64,000 bases of DNA, from positions 248,001-312,000 of the forward strand of contig NW_027590202.1 in the NCBI RefSeq assembly GCF_964213995.1. The letters are read 5' to 3'. Both the position numbers and the translations under genes were made by a program. Each line of letters opens with the position of its first letter. Positions within the stretch are counted from its first letter, which is position 1. Positions 12,652 to 25,504 of the stretch are shown here, one piece after another. The DNA is from Mustelus asterias. Taxonomy: Eukaryota. The notes below the pieces were generated by a model. That model saw only the letters and a list, made by a program, of their open reading frames with translations. It was not told where the DNA came from and did no database searches.

Positions 12652-14188
12652 ACATTGGTTTCAAACTTTGCCTCATTCATGGGTGAATTCACGATCTCCG
12701 TTCCTCCTGAAGTGTCACCGCTCAAACTGAGTCTTTCTGCGTTGTTTATCTCACAGTTGTGGGTTTGTGACTGAAAACTGCCTCCGGTTCACTGGAAGGC
12801 GGGGAGTTTAGCGCTGAACTCCGAGCGAGGTTTTGTTCTCATTTATTATGAGATTCAAACCCAGATCTGCGAGATTGTCAGTGGTAACAATAATCATCTC
12901 CATTGTAATTCAATCACTCCAGCCTTCCATCCGATCAAAATACCGTTTGTTCTTTCCTCCTCTCCCTCTCTATTTTCCTTGACTCTGTACTTGTTTGAAA
13001 ATCATTAAATCACTACTTTTTTCCAGTTAGGGTCAAAGGTCAGCAACCTGAATCATTCACTCTCTTTCCCTCTCCACAGAAGCTCTTGAAGCCGATGAGT
13101 CCTTCCAACATTTTCTGTTTTGAGGTGGGATACGGAGCAACTACAAAACCTAGGTTTGGATCACAGTGGTTCACTTTTCTCTGACTGAATCTTACCTGTT
13201 TGAACTGTTGAAAGGTTGAGGTTTTAAATAATAAGACACTGGAATATATCACCCTGTTTCACATGAAATGAAACAAAATGAGAATTAATCATTTCATAAA
13301 ATGCTGCTAATGCAATATATATTTTGTTGTCAATGCCAGCATTTGTTTTCCATCCCTATTTCCCTCTGAACTGGGTATTTTGGGCCATTTCAGAGGGCAG
13401 TTAAGAGTCAATCACATTGCCTTTCCTCTGGAGTCCCATGGAGGCCAGAAAGGAGAAGGATGGCAGATTTCCTTCTGCAAGATGTGTTTTCATGACAATC
13501 AGAAAACAAAGCTTCATTACGGAGACTAGCTTTCAATTCCGTTTCAGTTCGAGACTGCGGTGGGATCGTGACCTGTGAGACTGGGCCACGGGATTCATAC
13601 TCCACTGATTTTACCACTATGTCACCATCTTCCCGGAAGAGTGTTAATTTAAATGCTTCACATGGAATCAAACTACTTAATTTCACATTGAAAGCAAACA
13701 TTTAAAGCAGTGTACTGTGGAAATCAGTGTCGTACACTCAGGATACCGGGGAATTGACGCGATATCTATTGCTTTCATTCAAAGACAGAAAAATGTGGTG
13801 AATCCTCAGCGTGAGTGATGAAGGAGCTGTGCTCCGAAAGCTCGTGATTTCAAACAAACCTGTTGCACTTTAACTTGGTGTTGTGCGAATTCTTACCGGG
13901 TACTGAAGGGCATTTCATTTGCAATTCGCAAAAAGATTATTTTTATAAAATTAACAGCTTTCAGCAAACCGCACCGCAATCACATTGCAGACGGTGCAGT
14001 GAGTTACTCTCCTGGCCTCATTGCATCAGACCCAGAGGACGATTGCTCAAGAACACAAAAAGCTCAGCGATAACGAGGTCGGTGGCTTCATTCATCAGGG
14101 ATTACCTGAGAGCACGTGACCTTTCTCCCAAATCACACACGCACACACACGCCCACAATTGCTCAATAATGCTCAGGTCACTTCAATT

Positions 14189-14260
14189 TCCGTGTTGGTT
14201 TCGTCGCTAGAATTCGCTGCTTTCACTGCCACGGTTTGGGTTCGATTCGCGGGTAGGGAA
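14189..14260 (+). pseudogene. tRNA-Glu(TTC) pseudogene
   Basis: Paralog of 5334, with CTTTCAC anticodon loop and GGTTCGATTC B box but broken stems. Confidence 0.8.
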
Positions 14261-15400
14261 TGATGATTCATTGCTCTCGTGCAACACATGAATTAAGGAG
14301 AGTGGATGATGCTTCCTGGTCGAAAACGGGAGAGATACTTGTGGCAGGTTGAACAGGAAGAAGGAAAAATCTGCCCCATTCCACAACCCTGTCCATTACC
14401 CACAACAATTCATATTTACATTAGGAAGTCTTACAACACCAGGTCTATTTGGATTCAGGAGCTTTCGGGGCGCTGATCAAATAAAGCAAATTGATTTTAT
14501 TATCGAAGCAAATGAACGTGTTGGACTTTAACATGATGCTGTGAGACTTCTTATTGTGCCCACCCCAGTCCAACGCCGGTATCTCGACATCATATTTACA
14601 TTGCAATTGCTGGTACCAACTATCAGAATGAGTGAGTTACCTTCTACTGCATTAAATTTCACTGTAGCTCACCACATTCAAAGAGTAATGTTTGTTATAA
14701 ACCTTATTGTGGTAAATCTGTTGAAAAACTTCAGCTCATCACTGATCTGCTTTCATCACACTGGAAGCTAATGTGAAAAGATGAATACTTTCAAAGCTGA
14801 ACAACGTGTACAAGACTGGAAGGAGAATGCGACTGTGAATAATTGGCACTGTGGAATTCCTGTATTCAGTCTATGGGAGAACCAGGAGAATGAAATCCTC
14901 GTGGTCCAGTGCTTCGGATTTGGCGCTTTCAGGGTCATTGATCGGCTTCAATATGCTAAGATTTAAAGTTTTTGATAATCCATGTAAGAGACCTGAGTTG
15001 TTTCCTGATCGAAAACAGCTCTGTCAGAAGCAGTGGAGTTAGATCTATATTTGTGTCCGAATTGGAAATGTCACATGGGCAACAGTTCAAGAACAAACAC
15101 AGATTGTGAAGGACAGTGATAGGCTGCAAAGCGCTGCCAATAGAGATGGGGATACAAGTTCAAATCTGCATGACAAATGGGGTTGATTTTATCGATTAGA
15201 TTGACACAAACATCTCCTAGTCCTGGATCCAAATCTCAGCCAAATCACAAGAAAACATCTCGCTAACTTAAACGCTGAGCTCTCCGACTTCACTCAGAAA
15301 CCAGTAACTCTGAGACAAAGCGTGATGCAGTCTGACCACTGGAACCCCCTCCACCACTTAATAAGACTATGCTGGATCCCGAGCATCAGTTCACAGCTGA

Positions 15401-15472
15401 GGGGGTGTAGCTCAGTGGTAGAGCATTTGACTGCAGATCAAACGGCCCTCGGTTAAAATCCGAGTGCCCCCT
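15401..15472 (+). pseudogene. tRNA-Cys(GCA), near-intact but B box mutated
   Basis: GGGGGTGTAGCTCAGTGGTAGAGCATTTGACTGCAGATCAAA...GGTTAAAATCCGAGTGCCCCCT (C56>A). Confidence 0.85.
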
Positions 15473-16684
15473 TCCTTGTCTTTGTTTCAATTGTGGTTTT
15501 CTTTCTTTGGCTGCAAAGCGCATTGTGACGTCCACCAACCGGGAAAGGCGTCGCATAAATACAATTCGGTCTTTCATAAATTATCTTCAGTCCCAATTTT
15601 TTGTTACTGACAATCGTCAATAGAAACAGTTTGTCCCTTTCTGCTCTATCAAACGGCCCTTTCCCATGTTGGGAGAAGCGGGAAACCCCTAAATCGCTGC
15701 AACACTGTGGGGGGTAAAGTAGTCAAAGGGGTTTGCATAGTATTGTAAACGATGTGGTCATGTTGTAGTTCTCGACTATGTTTTTAAAAAAGAGAATTGG
15801 TGTTGGATATATAACAGCACTTGCTGACACCCTAATATAGTGTGTCTTCGTCTTAATTGCGGAATTCGTTATTGCGTTCGACTTTAAACAAATGTTTGGT
15901 GGCTCAGTACCAAGTTTAACAACACCAGGTGTTAACCTGGTGTTGTTAAACTTCTTACTGTGTTTACCCCAGTCCAACGCCGGCATCTCCACATCATGGC
16001 TCAGTACCATCCAGAGGCGGTGGTTGTACTTTCATTTTCCCCATAAGCATTCATTGTCGCGCAGTTCCGGCTTGTGAACAGAGGCAACAATAAAAATATT
16101 TCTCAAGTGTTGCCGCTCGACTGTTGTCAGGTGTTGTCAACATTATTTATTTAATGAATATTCATATCATCCATATCACATGGTATAATATATATTCATT
16201 TCAAATATGCAATTAAAGTTAAGAACTAGAGTCTTGGCTGGATGTGTTTGTGTGTCAGTTCTCCGATGAGTCCTCATCTGAGACTGGGAAACAATCTCTC
16301 AGTATTCTGTAGGTTCAATAAAATTGCCTCTCAGTCTTCTAAACTCCAGGGAATTTCAGCCCAATTTACACAGCCTCTCATCCCAGGAGAACTCTCTCAT
16401 CACAGGAACCTACCCAGTGGACCGTCTCCATTGGAAGGATAGCCTTCTTCTAAAATAAAAAGCATTGTGGATATCAGAACTGCACCGAATATTTCACACT
16501 TGCTCCCAACAAAACCCTGTATAAATGTAAATTGGTGTTTTTATTCTTATACAGCAATCTGTTGGCAATAAAAACCAAAATGCTATTCCCTTCCTATCGT
16601 TTGCTGCACTACCATGCTATCTTCCTGCGTTCCTTGTACAAACACACCCAAATCTCTCAAGACAAACGCTTATATTAGGAAAGA

Positions 16685-17020
16685 CGATGGCCTGGTGATT
16701 TTATCGCGAGATTATTTATCCAGAAACTCATCCAATTTTATGGGGCCCCGCTTTTGAATCCTGCCACGGCACGTTGTAGAATTGTTTTTCAATAAAAACT
16801 ATCTGGAATTAAGAATCTACTGATGACCATGAAACTATTGTCGATTGTCGGAAAAACAAACATTGAGTTCGGTAATGTGCTTTAGGGAAAGAAACCTGCC
16901 GTCCCTTATCCGGCCTGGCCGACACTGACTCCAGAGCTGCAGCAAAGTGTTTGATCCTAACTGTCCCAGGGCAACCAGGATGGGCAATAAATGCTGGCCG
17001 GCAGCGACACCCATTTCTAA
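16685..17020 (+). mobile_element. SacSINE1/DeuSINE-like SINE
   Basis: tRNA-like head, ...TTTAGGGAAAGAAACCTGCCGTCC... core and GGATGGGCAATAAATGCTGGCC tail. Another copy at ~29548-29810. Confidence 0.7.
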
Positions 17021-17098
17021 TCAATTAAAAAAGAACTAGGTCATCTTTACAAACATTGTCTGCTTTTTCTCCGTTTATGAACAAGATAAGATCTTTCT

Positions 17099-17392
17099 GG
17101 GCAACATGGTGGCACTGATGCCTCACAGCGCCAGGGGCCCGGTTTCAATTCCCGGCATTGGTTACTGTCTGTGCAGAGTCTGCATGCTTTCCCCGTGTTG
17201 CGTGGGTTTCCTGCGGGTGCCCCTTCTTATTCCCACAGAGTGAAAGATGTGCTGGTTAGGTACATTGGCCATGCTAAATTAGCTGTCAATTAACCGAGAA
17301 GGTGCCGGTTCTGCCGATGACGTAATTGTCACAGAAACTTCATTGCGGTGTTAAAGTAAGCTTAATTGTGGCACTAATAAATAAACTCTAAA
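17099..17392 (+). mobile_element. V-SINE (HE1-related) with AATAAATAAAC tail
   Basis: GCCTCACAGCGCCAGGG..., V-domain GCGTGGGTTTCC. Similar copy at ~38415-38715. Confidence 0.8.
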
Positions 17393-17408
17393 CTGTCCAA
17401 CTGATGCA

Positions 17409-17428
17409 ACCACTGAGCTATGGAGCCA
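17409..17428 (-). pseudogene. 5' remnant of tRNA-Thr(TGT)
   Basis: AACCACTGAGCTATGGAGCC is identical to 8629-8648. The remainder is lost next to the SINE. Confidence 0.8.
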
Positions 17429-18562
17429 ATTCCTGCGCCCAGCGTGGAGTTGGTGTATCATCATCAGTGGAGCGAAGAAGAGATTGAATTTTCAGGTGGG
17501 TGATATTTGATGGAAGTGGAAATATCCGAGGTGGAGAACAAGGAGTCAATCGATGAGACTTGAAAGAGGAAGAATTTGACATGTGTGTCAGTTGTTTTTG
17601 TGATAAATGTCTGCCGTGTCATTCTTCTTCAGAGTTTGTATTGTTACATCTCTGATTTTTCCGGCTCTAATACAATTCATACAGCTGAAGATTGATTTTG
17701 TTTCTCCCTTAACAGACACTGTGAGGCGTGCTTTCGTTTAATGAAGAGTTAAATAAGAAGTTATTCGCTACTTGCCTGGTACTCCAACGTGGAACATGGC
17801 AATGAAACCTGACCACGGCATGCCAGGAAAGCTAATATTAGAGACTTGAAATTCTTTGATAACCATCTCTGTCTCCACCGCTTCATTTCAAGTCACTTTT
17901 GCTACTGACATTGTCACACAGTCATTCTAACATCTTATGACCAACTGAAGCAAATTATGCCTTCTTCCTTTTTGTTCAGGTACTTTCATCTCCAGAAATT
18001 CAGTCCGTGCTGAGCAAAGTGCTCTGTTTAGTTAACAGTTTATCATCACTTCCGGGCCAGAGCTATGGAAACATTGACTCTGAACCACTAGACCACCCAG
18101 GCTCCACCATCACTTCCTCGATGTTGTCTTTTCCACCATTCATGGTGTCATGTAATCCATCCTGCTTTGTGCCCTATCACAAAAATCCTTTTTTTTTCCC
18201 TTTCGCTCAGTGATTCCTCACTTTACAATCAGAAAATACTGGGAATACTCAGTCGGTCAGTTCATGCTTAGTGACAAACGCGCAAATAATTCCAGTAGTC
18301 GAATCCCTCTGAAATTATAAGCTTTTGTTTTTTTTTTGTGAAGGCAAAATACTGCGGATGATGGAACCTGAAACAAAAATAGAAAAATGCTGGAAAATCT
18401 TAGCAGGTCTGACAGCAGCTGTCGAGAGAGAATAGAGCCATCGTTTCGAGTCCGGAGCTCTGACGAAGGGCCATCCAGACTTGAAAGTTTTGCTCTTTCC
18501 TCTCTCCACAGATGCTGTCATGTCTCTTTAGACCTTCCAACCTTTTCTGTTTATGATGAAAG

Positions 18563-18634
18563 TATTTCTGCCGCGATCAAACCAGGGATCTTTCGTGTGT
18601 AAGGCGAATGTGACAACCACTACACCACAGAAAC
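18563..18634 (-). pseudogene. tRNA-Val(TAC) pseudogene
   Basis: Reverse complement reads GTTTCTGTGGTGTAGTGGTTGTCACATTCGCCTTACACACGAAAGATCCCTGGTTTGATC... Confidence 0.8.
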
Positions 18635-18819
18635 ATTGCGATGCAATGATTCAAGGAAACTGGTTCCACAAACCCATCAATTGCAAACAATAATTTACAT
18701 TTGCGTTCCATTGGAATTTGTGCGATAACAAAGGTATTTCATAAAGTTAAGGAACTGGACATATAACGGTGATGAGATTCGATCACACGCTTCAACTACT
18801 ATCACTGCCCTGTCAGTAG

Positions 18820-19018
18820 TCTCACAGCACCAGGTTAAAGTCCAACAGGTTTATTTGGTAGCACGAGCTTTCGGAGCACTGTCCGAATCAGGTGACTCAC
18901 GTGATGAAGAGGCTTGCTTCGAAAGCTTGTGCTACCAAATGAACCTGTGGACTTTAACCTGGTGCTGTGAGATTATTTACTGTGCCTACCCCAGTCCAGC
19001 GCCGGCAACTCCACATCA
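18820..19018. mobile_element. Palindromic Penelope-like terminal repeat
   Basis: Arms 18820-18873 and 18920-18972 are near reverse complements, followed by CCCCAGTCCAGCGCCGGCAACTCCACATC. Relatives at ~5570, 14427, 15910, 35876 and 56460. Confidence 0.7.
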
Positions 19019-20583
19019 TTACTGCCCTGAGCTCATCAATGGTACCAGCAGAACCTATTGATGCCGTATCTGGTATTGCCAATGAACAGCATCAATGGAG
19101 TAGAATAGGGTCACATGAACCATTGAGCCTCCTCCATGACAGAATCAAGTCAGATCCACAGCCTCAACCCCAATTTCCCAGCTTATACCAACAGCCCTCC
19201 ATTCACTTAGATTCCAACAACTCTCCACCTCAACCTTCAATGTCTTCATCAGCTGAAGATTCACAGACCTCTATGCCGCCATAGAATTGATGCAAGATGG
19301 CGCCCGAGCGAGGCGACCTCTTGGAAGCAGTGACCAGTATACCTTCTAACTCTATCTTTTCGTCTTGCTCTATGCTTCTAAAACTTCATTCTAAATCTTT
19401 TAAACTCTCTAAGAATGCTTTAATTCAATTTCGGGGAAAATTAAAAAAATAATAATATTTTCGATTATGTTTCAACCTTATTTTGAATCGTGGAGCCAAT
19501 GAAGTGAACATGTTAACTCCTACAAAACTCTGCTCATGACCAATGTGACCGGCCTAGAATAGCAAGCCGTACAGTCTGATTGCAATTTAAATCCTTGTTT
19601 TGTAGAATTATAATTCGGTTGAAAACCTTAGCCATGTGGCAGAGTCATTGATCTAACATAAGATTCAGAAAATAACATTTGTCCTGAATTGTATCGCTTT
19701 CTCCATGACGGCAGTTGCAGAATATTATTCAAGCATTGGGGAAGTGTAAATACCACATGGCTGTGAGATAATGTGATTCCTTAAGATTTAATAACACTTA
19801 GAGATGGGACAGCTGTTTTGAAAAGGTTTTGTCAGTTATTTCGAACACAGTAATCAGTACACTGCAGAAACACAGGTGACACATGGAAGAGTTTAGAATT
19901 CGATGCGTGTCCACAGATTCTGCCAAACCTGCTGAAAATTTCCATAATCTAATGCTTGTATTATAAATACAGGTTTTATCAGAACATAAAACACACCGCA
20001 AGACGGCAATGATAAATGAAATAGTCCCACAAGCTGTTCACGTGTAAATTTCAATTTCCAAAATCCACCAATTTCATCATTGCTGATCCATTGAAACGCA
20101 CCTTGTAAAACACGGCAGGCATTCATCTCTCAAAGAACTGAAACGCCTCAAATGTGAACTACCTGCACTCAATCTCATGACTTTGCAATTATAAAAACAG
20201 CATTCTGGTGAAAGTTTAACTCAGTCCTCATTCCACTGATCTTTGCCGATTTGCTGTGTATTTCCCTCAATGAACACATTTTAGGTTGGGATAGACAGAT
20301 TCCTGATCTATCTGAGAAAGAAGGGAAATGTGCAGGAAAATGGCAACTCAAGATCAAACATGGGTTAAAGTTTTGAGTTCAGTCATTGAATTTAATAATA
20401 TTTGAAATATATAAATTGTTACAAATAATATGTTAGAGATAAATGTTCAATAAACTGACGGCGGCTAACACTAGAGGCAGAAACACACGATACGTTTTTT
20501 CTTGTGTTGCCCACGGACCTCAGTGACACTCAAAAACCGAGAGACAATGAAAGCAGATGGAGAGGGTAAAAATAGCAAAAACC

Positions 20584-20657
20584 CGTCCCTGGATGGGATC
20601 GAACCACCACCCTTTCGGTTAACAGCCGAACGCGCTAACCAATTGCGCCACAGAGAC
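20584..20657 (-). tRNA. tRNA-Asn(GTT), essentially intact
   Basis: Reverse complement reads GTCTCTGTGGCGCAATTGGTTAGCGCGTTCGGCTGTTAACCGAAAGGGTGGTGGTTCGATCCCATCCAGGGACG, followed by a T5 terminator. Confidence 0.92.
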
Positions 20658-21053
20658 TGAGACAACTACAGCCCACATGGTATCCTAAATCAGGGTGTCA
20701 GCTTGTTGGCTGCAAATTCGAAGCCAATTCAATTTTCACCAAACCTGACACAGAAAAACCAAATGATGGTATCGTTTACAAATCTAAACATGTACATTTA
20801 ACTGTTTTACCCCACAGTGTTGCTGTGGTGACATGGTTAATCCCTTCTCCTAACATGGGCAAAGGGCCGTTTGATAGAGCAGGGAGGGACAGACTGTTCC
20901 CACTGACTGGGCTCAGTAACAGAGGAGTGGGATTGAAGATCATGAAATGTTTGCATTTATTTCGAACCTCTCCCGACCAGCGGACGTCAGAAAGCGCTTT
21001 CCAGTCAATGAAGGGCAGTTTTTAATTGTAAAACAAATATCAGTTAAGCGTGG

Positions 21054-21125
21054 AAGGAGGCATCAGATTTGAATGCAGGAACTTCTTAACCTGCAGTCAA
21101 ATGCTCCACCCTTCAGCTATTCCGT
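21054..21125 (-). pseudogene. tRNA-Cys pseudogene
   Basis: CTGCAGTCAAATGCTC (anticodon arm, reverse complement) is retained and the rest is decayed. Confidence 0.7.
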
Positions 21126-21223
21126 TGATACCAAGCCTCCGTTTTGTCGGTCCATCGTCTTCTGTCTCGCGTGGTCTATGCTTATGCTTGTTCCTCTGTG
21201 TTTACGTACCCGAAGGGAGTGAA

Positions 21224-21909
21224 CAGTGGTGGATTAACTACCACCCGGACCCCTAGGCTGAGCTTTGTTAAGGCCTCCTGACCTTGCCCCCTGCCCCCTG
21301 TCTCACCCTTCGTTGAATAGAATAAAGTGACGTTAAGTGATGTTAGATAACTTATATCGTTGCACGATGATGGCGCGCAAACGAAAGTCTGTTTTGATGT
21401 TTTCACAGGCGGTAAATGCGCTCAACAACAGTTTTGATGATGGATTTTGCAGTGATGATAGTGAGAGTGATTTACATGTCGAGGATTTTGAAGTTGATAT
21501 TGGTGAATTATCAGATGATGATCGTGAATTTGATGATACATTGATAGCACTGGAGGCAGTGGTGACAGTCATCGTGCTGTGGTGTGGGACTAGTATTATG
21601 TAAGGGTGAATGTTGAAAAAGTACTATATGTAACTAAGTATGCACTAAAATAAGTATGTATACATGTTATAGCATGACAATAAACTCTTTGTTGCATTTA
21701 TTTTGTATTTATTTGCATGTAGCACAAGTCCGGGGGTGAAGCTTCTCTATTTATAGGTATTTGTAATATTAATTCATCCACGGGGTCTAGTTATGAAAAT
21801 TTGTTCACCCTTAAAAGGGTTAAACCAATTTTTTTTTTGCTTTCGGGCCCCCCTCCCTTCCGGGCCCCTAAGCTTAAACCTACTCAGCCTAATGGTTAAT
21901 CCGCCACTG
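21224..21909. mobile_element. Non-autonomous hAT DNA transposon (MITE)
   Basis: TIRs CAGTGGTGGATTAAC / GTTAATCCGCCACTG. 8-bp TSD GGAGTGAA (21216-21223) / GGAGGGAA (21910-21917), a 7/8 match. Confidence 0.88.
21370..21823 (+). mobile_element. piggyBac-like deletion derivative nested in the hAT MITE
   Basis: MARKRK followed by an acidic stretch resembles a piggyBac transposase N-terminus. Then AATAAA and a right end ...AAAAGGG-TTAA. Confidence 0.5.
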
Positions 21910-21974
21910 GGAGGGAACGCATTTTTATTTAACCATCACACAGTCTGTTTACTTACTTTATAAATCTTTTTTTT

Positions 21975-22342
21975 TAGGAACCCTGCAGTGCAGAAGGAGG
22001 CCATTTGGCCCATCGAGTCTGCACCGACCACAATCCCACCCAGGCCCTATCCCCACATATTTACCCACGAATCCCTCTAACCTACGCATCGCAGGACTCT
22101 AAGGGACAATTGTTAACCTGGCCTTTCAACCTAACCCGCACATCTTTGGACTGTGGGAGAAAACCGGAGCACCAGGAGGAAACCCACGCAGACACGAGGG
22201 GAATGTGCAAACTCCACACAGACAGTGACCCGAGCCGGGAATCGAACCCGGGACGCTGGAGCTGTGAAGCAGCACTGCTAACCACTGTACTACCGTGGAG
22301 CTGTGAAGCAGCAGTGCTAAACACTGTGCTACCGTGCCGCCC
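21975..22342 (-). mobile_element. HE1-type V-SINE with a 39-bp internal tandem duplication
   Basis: Reverse-complement tRNA head, V domain and CR1-like tail. 22257-22295 is duplicated at 22296-22334. Confidence 0.88.
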
Positions 22343-23282
22343 CATGATTAATGTACAGAAGATGGTAAAGGCTTAAAGTTGCGAGATGAAATTGACCCTT
22401 TCTGTTATTTGTGAGTGGAGACAGCTTATTGTCTGAGCTCCCGTACTTTCCAATGTGGAAGATGGTCAAAAATTTTCTTTGGTCAACATTTAACGAGACA
22501 GCGGATTCACTCAGTGTGATGGTGGGTTCCAGTTCTATATCTGCGATCACAACATCAATTCATGTCACTTCTTGTGAACCCAATATTTCGAATAGGTTGG
22601 ATGCCCCAATATTTCTCATACGTTTGATATTTAATCTAATTTCCTTCATTTTACATTTCATTATTTTCATGTCAGATCTATTTCCACAAGAGGCAAGTCT
22701 CTCTTTCAAAATGTTCTGTTCAGGTAGAACATAAGTGACTCCTTTATCCAATGGCAACAACGATTACTGTTCGTTGCAGTATGAAAGGGGCAATGAGGTG
22801 AAACAGTCACACAAGCTGCTCATGTGTTACTTTCAATTACCAAAATCTATCAAACTCATCACTGCGGCTCCTGTGTCATCACTATACAGTACACCCACCT
22901 GTTCCCTATTATCCACAGCACACCTGACTGCTTCAAAGATCTTGTGAATGGTCTCATTCTGTGGTATAAATATTATGTGATATTCTGCTTTCCTCACGCT
23001 CAGGCCATGGACCGCAAAGTGCAGGCTCATTTATCTCTCCTGAATTGTACCCGATCACAGCCCTTTCCTGTTGTTGTGTTTCCTAGCTCCTCGATTTCAC
23101 TTGTTTAAAACTTCCGACATTTCCAAACATCCATTTAAATGAAAGGTTATGGAGGTGTAAAAAGAGAAACCTTTCCCTGTGCGCTCATGCTGCCTGGCTT
23201 CCTGAGTGTTTCCAGCGCTTTCAGACTGATCAGATTTAGATGACAATATAAGTATCTGTATTGGAACAGCTTTCGCAACCGC

Positions 23283-23372
23283 AGCTCGTTGGTTTGGGGG
23301 TTTGATTCTCGCTTTATTTGTCGGGATTCGCAAGGCTGCGAGAAAGCCCGGGTTCGAATTCCGGGCGAGTCC
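23283..23372 (+). pseudogene. Intron-containing tRNA-Pro-body pseudogene with anticodon mutated to TAT
   Basis: CTCGC-TT-TAT-T-[TGTCGGGATTCGCAAGGC]-T-GCGAG. B box intact, G1>A. Confidence 0.8.
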
Positions 23373-24782
23373 TGTTGTTGTTTGCGATGGCCAAGTTTTG
23401 TTCATTTCTTTGCCGTGCACACGGCAGGATGCGGTTTGGTTTGAGAACCTGACAATGCAGGCAATCCAACAACCCAACGCACTCACAACTAATTCAAGAC
23501 GTTTTCAAATGTTCACTACTCTTGTGGACATTCTCTTTATACCTAGTCAACGATTCAGAGGACCCAATGCTTGTGGGTTCCGGCCCCTGGTTGTTCATTC
23601 GTGTGTTATGGCTGACTACTCAACTCTCTGTCTCTTTATGTTTCCCCTTGCTTCTGTGTATCGACCTCAGTCTCTTTCACTCTCCTAATCTCTCTGTGCC
23701 TCCATCTCCTTTCCCTATTATGCTCTTATTTCTCTCTAAGCTCTCGCTGTTTGTGTAACCAAAGTTCACTGGATTGATTGCTGTGATGAGGCAGTTGCCC
23801 TTGGAGGAGGGATTCAGTGGGATGACTATGTTCTCTCTAGGGTTTGGAATAATGAGAAATGATCTCATTGAAAAGTCTGGAACTGCCAGTGAGTTTGACA
23901 GTGTACATGCTGAGAGATTGCACACCCTCCCCGCCTCCCCCACCCCACCCCGGCGCCATCCGCCCCCCCCCCCCCACCCCCCGCCCCGCCTCTCTCCCCC
24001 GCCCCCCAACCACCGGTTTCCCGGGTGGAGTGTCGAGAACAGGACTTACATTTTCCTACTGGTGTGTCAGACATTTAGGACCGAGGTAAGGAGCCAGTTC
24101 TTCGCTCCAAGGCTTGTGAATCATTGGAATTCTGTTGCCCAGGGGTTTGTGGATCCTCAACCAATGAGAATGTTGAAGGCTGAGATGGCGAGATTTTTGA
24201 ACTCTCAGGGAATAAAATGAAGTCGGGACGAGGTGGGAAATTGGTGTTGAGCTGGCGATCCAACACGAGGTTATTATGTGGTAGAGGAGGTGCAAAGGGA
24301 AATATGACCCACTCCAACACCATCGATTCTGTTCACTGCCAAAAGCAACCGAATGTATTTCCCTACTGGTAAAGTTGAGGAGTTGTCCGAGGGAATGAAT
24401 TGAGGTTTTGTGGAGGCTTGGGATCCAATCTCATTGCTGTAGAAATTTCAATTGTTTTAGTTTAAACGTCATGAAATACCTTCCCTCGATCATATCATGG
24501 CTCAGAGTTAATGTATAGAATGCATCATTATTCATTTTGACAAAATGAACCAGCAGAGGCAATGGAATATAAATTGTTGGGGGCAATTGATAGGATTGCG
24601 GAGCGAGACAGAGATTTGATTCTTGTTTTGCAAACCGGCATGAGTATCACTCATGATTTCGATCAGGAAGTAGAGACGTAATTCCAGATAGTGTGGATAG
24701 TATGTCCACATATGCGCATCTGTATCTGGAAGCAATTCCAGCTCCTGTCCATTCATGTGCTGCACGAGAACAATGGAGCTGC

Positions 24783-24837
24783 ATCCCGGACTGGGGATTG
24801 AACGCGGGCCGCGACAGTAGAAGCATCGAATCAGGGA
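24783..24837 (-). pseudogene. tRNA-Glu remnant
   Basis: TCCCGGACTGGGGATTGAACGCGGGCCGCG...CAGGGA. Confidence 0.55.
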
Positions 24838-25114
24838 AGGCGTCTGTCTGCACTTTAATCTCACCGATCTGTGCTACTTTTGCGCTTCAGCTCCATTCCA
24901 GTATTTTTTAATACCAGAGACTGACAAAATGCCATGTTTCGATGGAACAGGAGTGGCTCCTTCCGCCAGTAACAGCGGTTGCTGTTACCCGGTACATGAA
25001 ATAGACAGCGAGGTGAAACAATCCCATAAGCTGCTCATGTGTATCTTCCAAATTCCAAAATCCTCCAAACTCATCACTCTCGCTCCAGTGAAACATACAA
25101 GGCAACACAGAGCA

Positions 25115-25260
25115 GACAGGGCATTTAAATGCTCATCGGATAAACATATGGATGAAGTTGGAATAGTATAGGTTAGATGGGCTTTAGATTGGTTTCACAG
25201 TTCGGCGCAACATCGAGGGCCGAAGGGCCTGTGCTGCGCTGTCATGTTCTATGTTCTATG
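25115..25260 (+). mobile_element. Short 3'-end-only CR1 insertion (near-identical copy ~58785-58930)
   Basis: GGCGCAACATCGAGGGCCGAAGGGCCTGT followed by a (TTCTATG)n tail. Confidence 0.8.
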
Positions 25261-25504
25261 GCAGTGAAAGGAACTGACGCACGATTAGTTTAAATTCACT
25301 ACTTTCTATCTCAGAATTTTACGGTGCTAAATATGTCAGTCTGGTGAATGTTTAACCCTGTCCTCAATCTACTGATCATTGCCGACTTGCTGTGTGTGAT
25401 ATGTAACAAAAAAACCGAGAACAAAAATATAAACAGCAGACGTTGTAAGTTCTCAGTCGGTTTGGCACCATCTGTGGTCACATCACTGTGCGCTTCTATC
25501 TCCG

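Larger units (their letters stand above)
8881..17800. repeat. tRNA-array unit A, copy 2 (the Asn module is missing here and occurs at ~20150-21020)
   Basis: Colinear with copy 1 to ~15668, resumes at ~16270, and ends just past the anchor at 17657. Confidence 0.88.

Noticed and set aside
18060-18115. Possible tRNA-Ser remnants (also ~54361-54405, 15675, 18765)
   Set aside because: Too decayed to call with confidence.
19292-19400. AAGATGGCGCCCGAGCGAGGCG, possibly the 5' end of a LINE
   Set aside because: No ORF or matching 3' part visible to support a family assignment.
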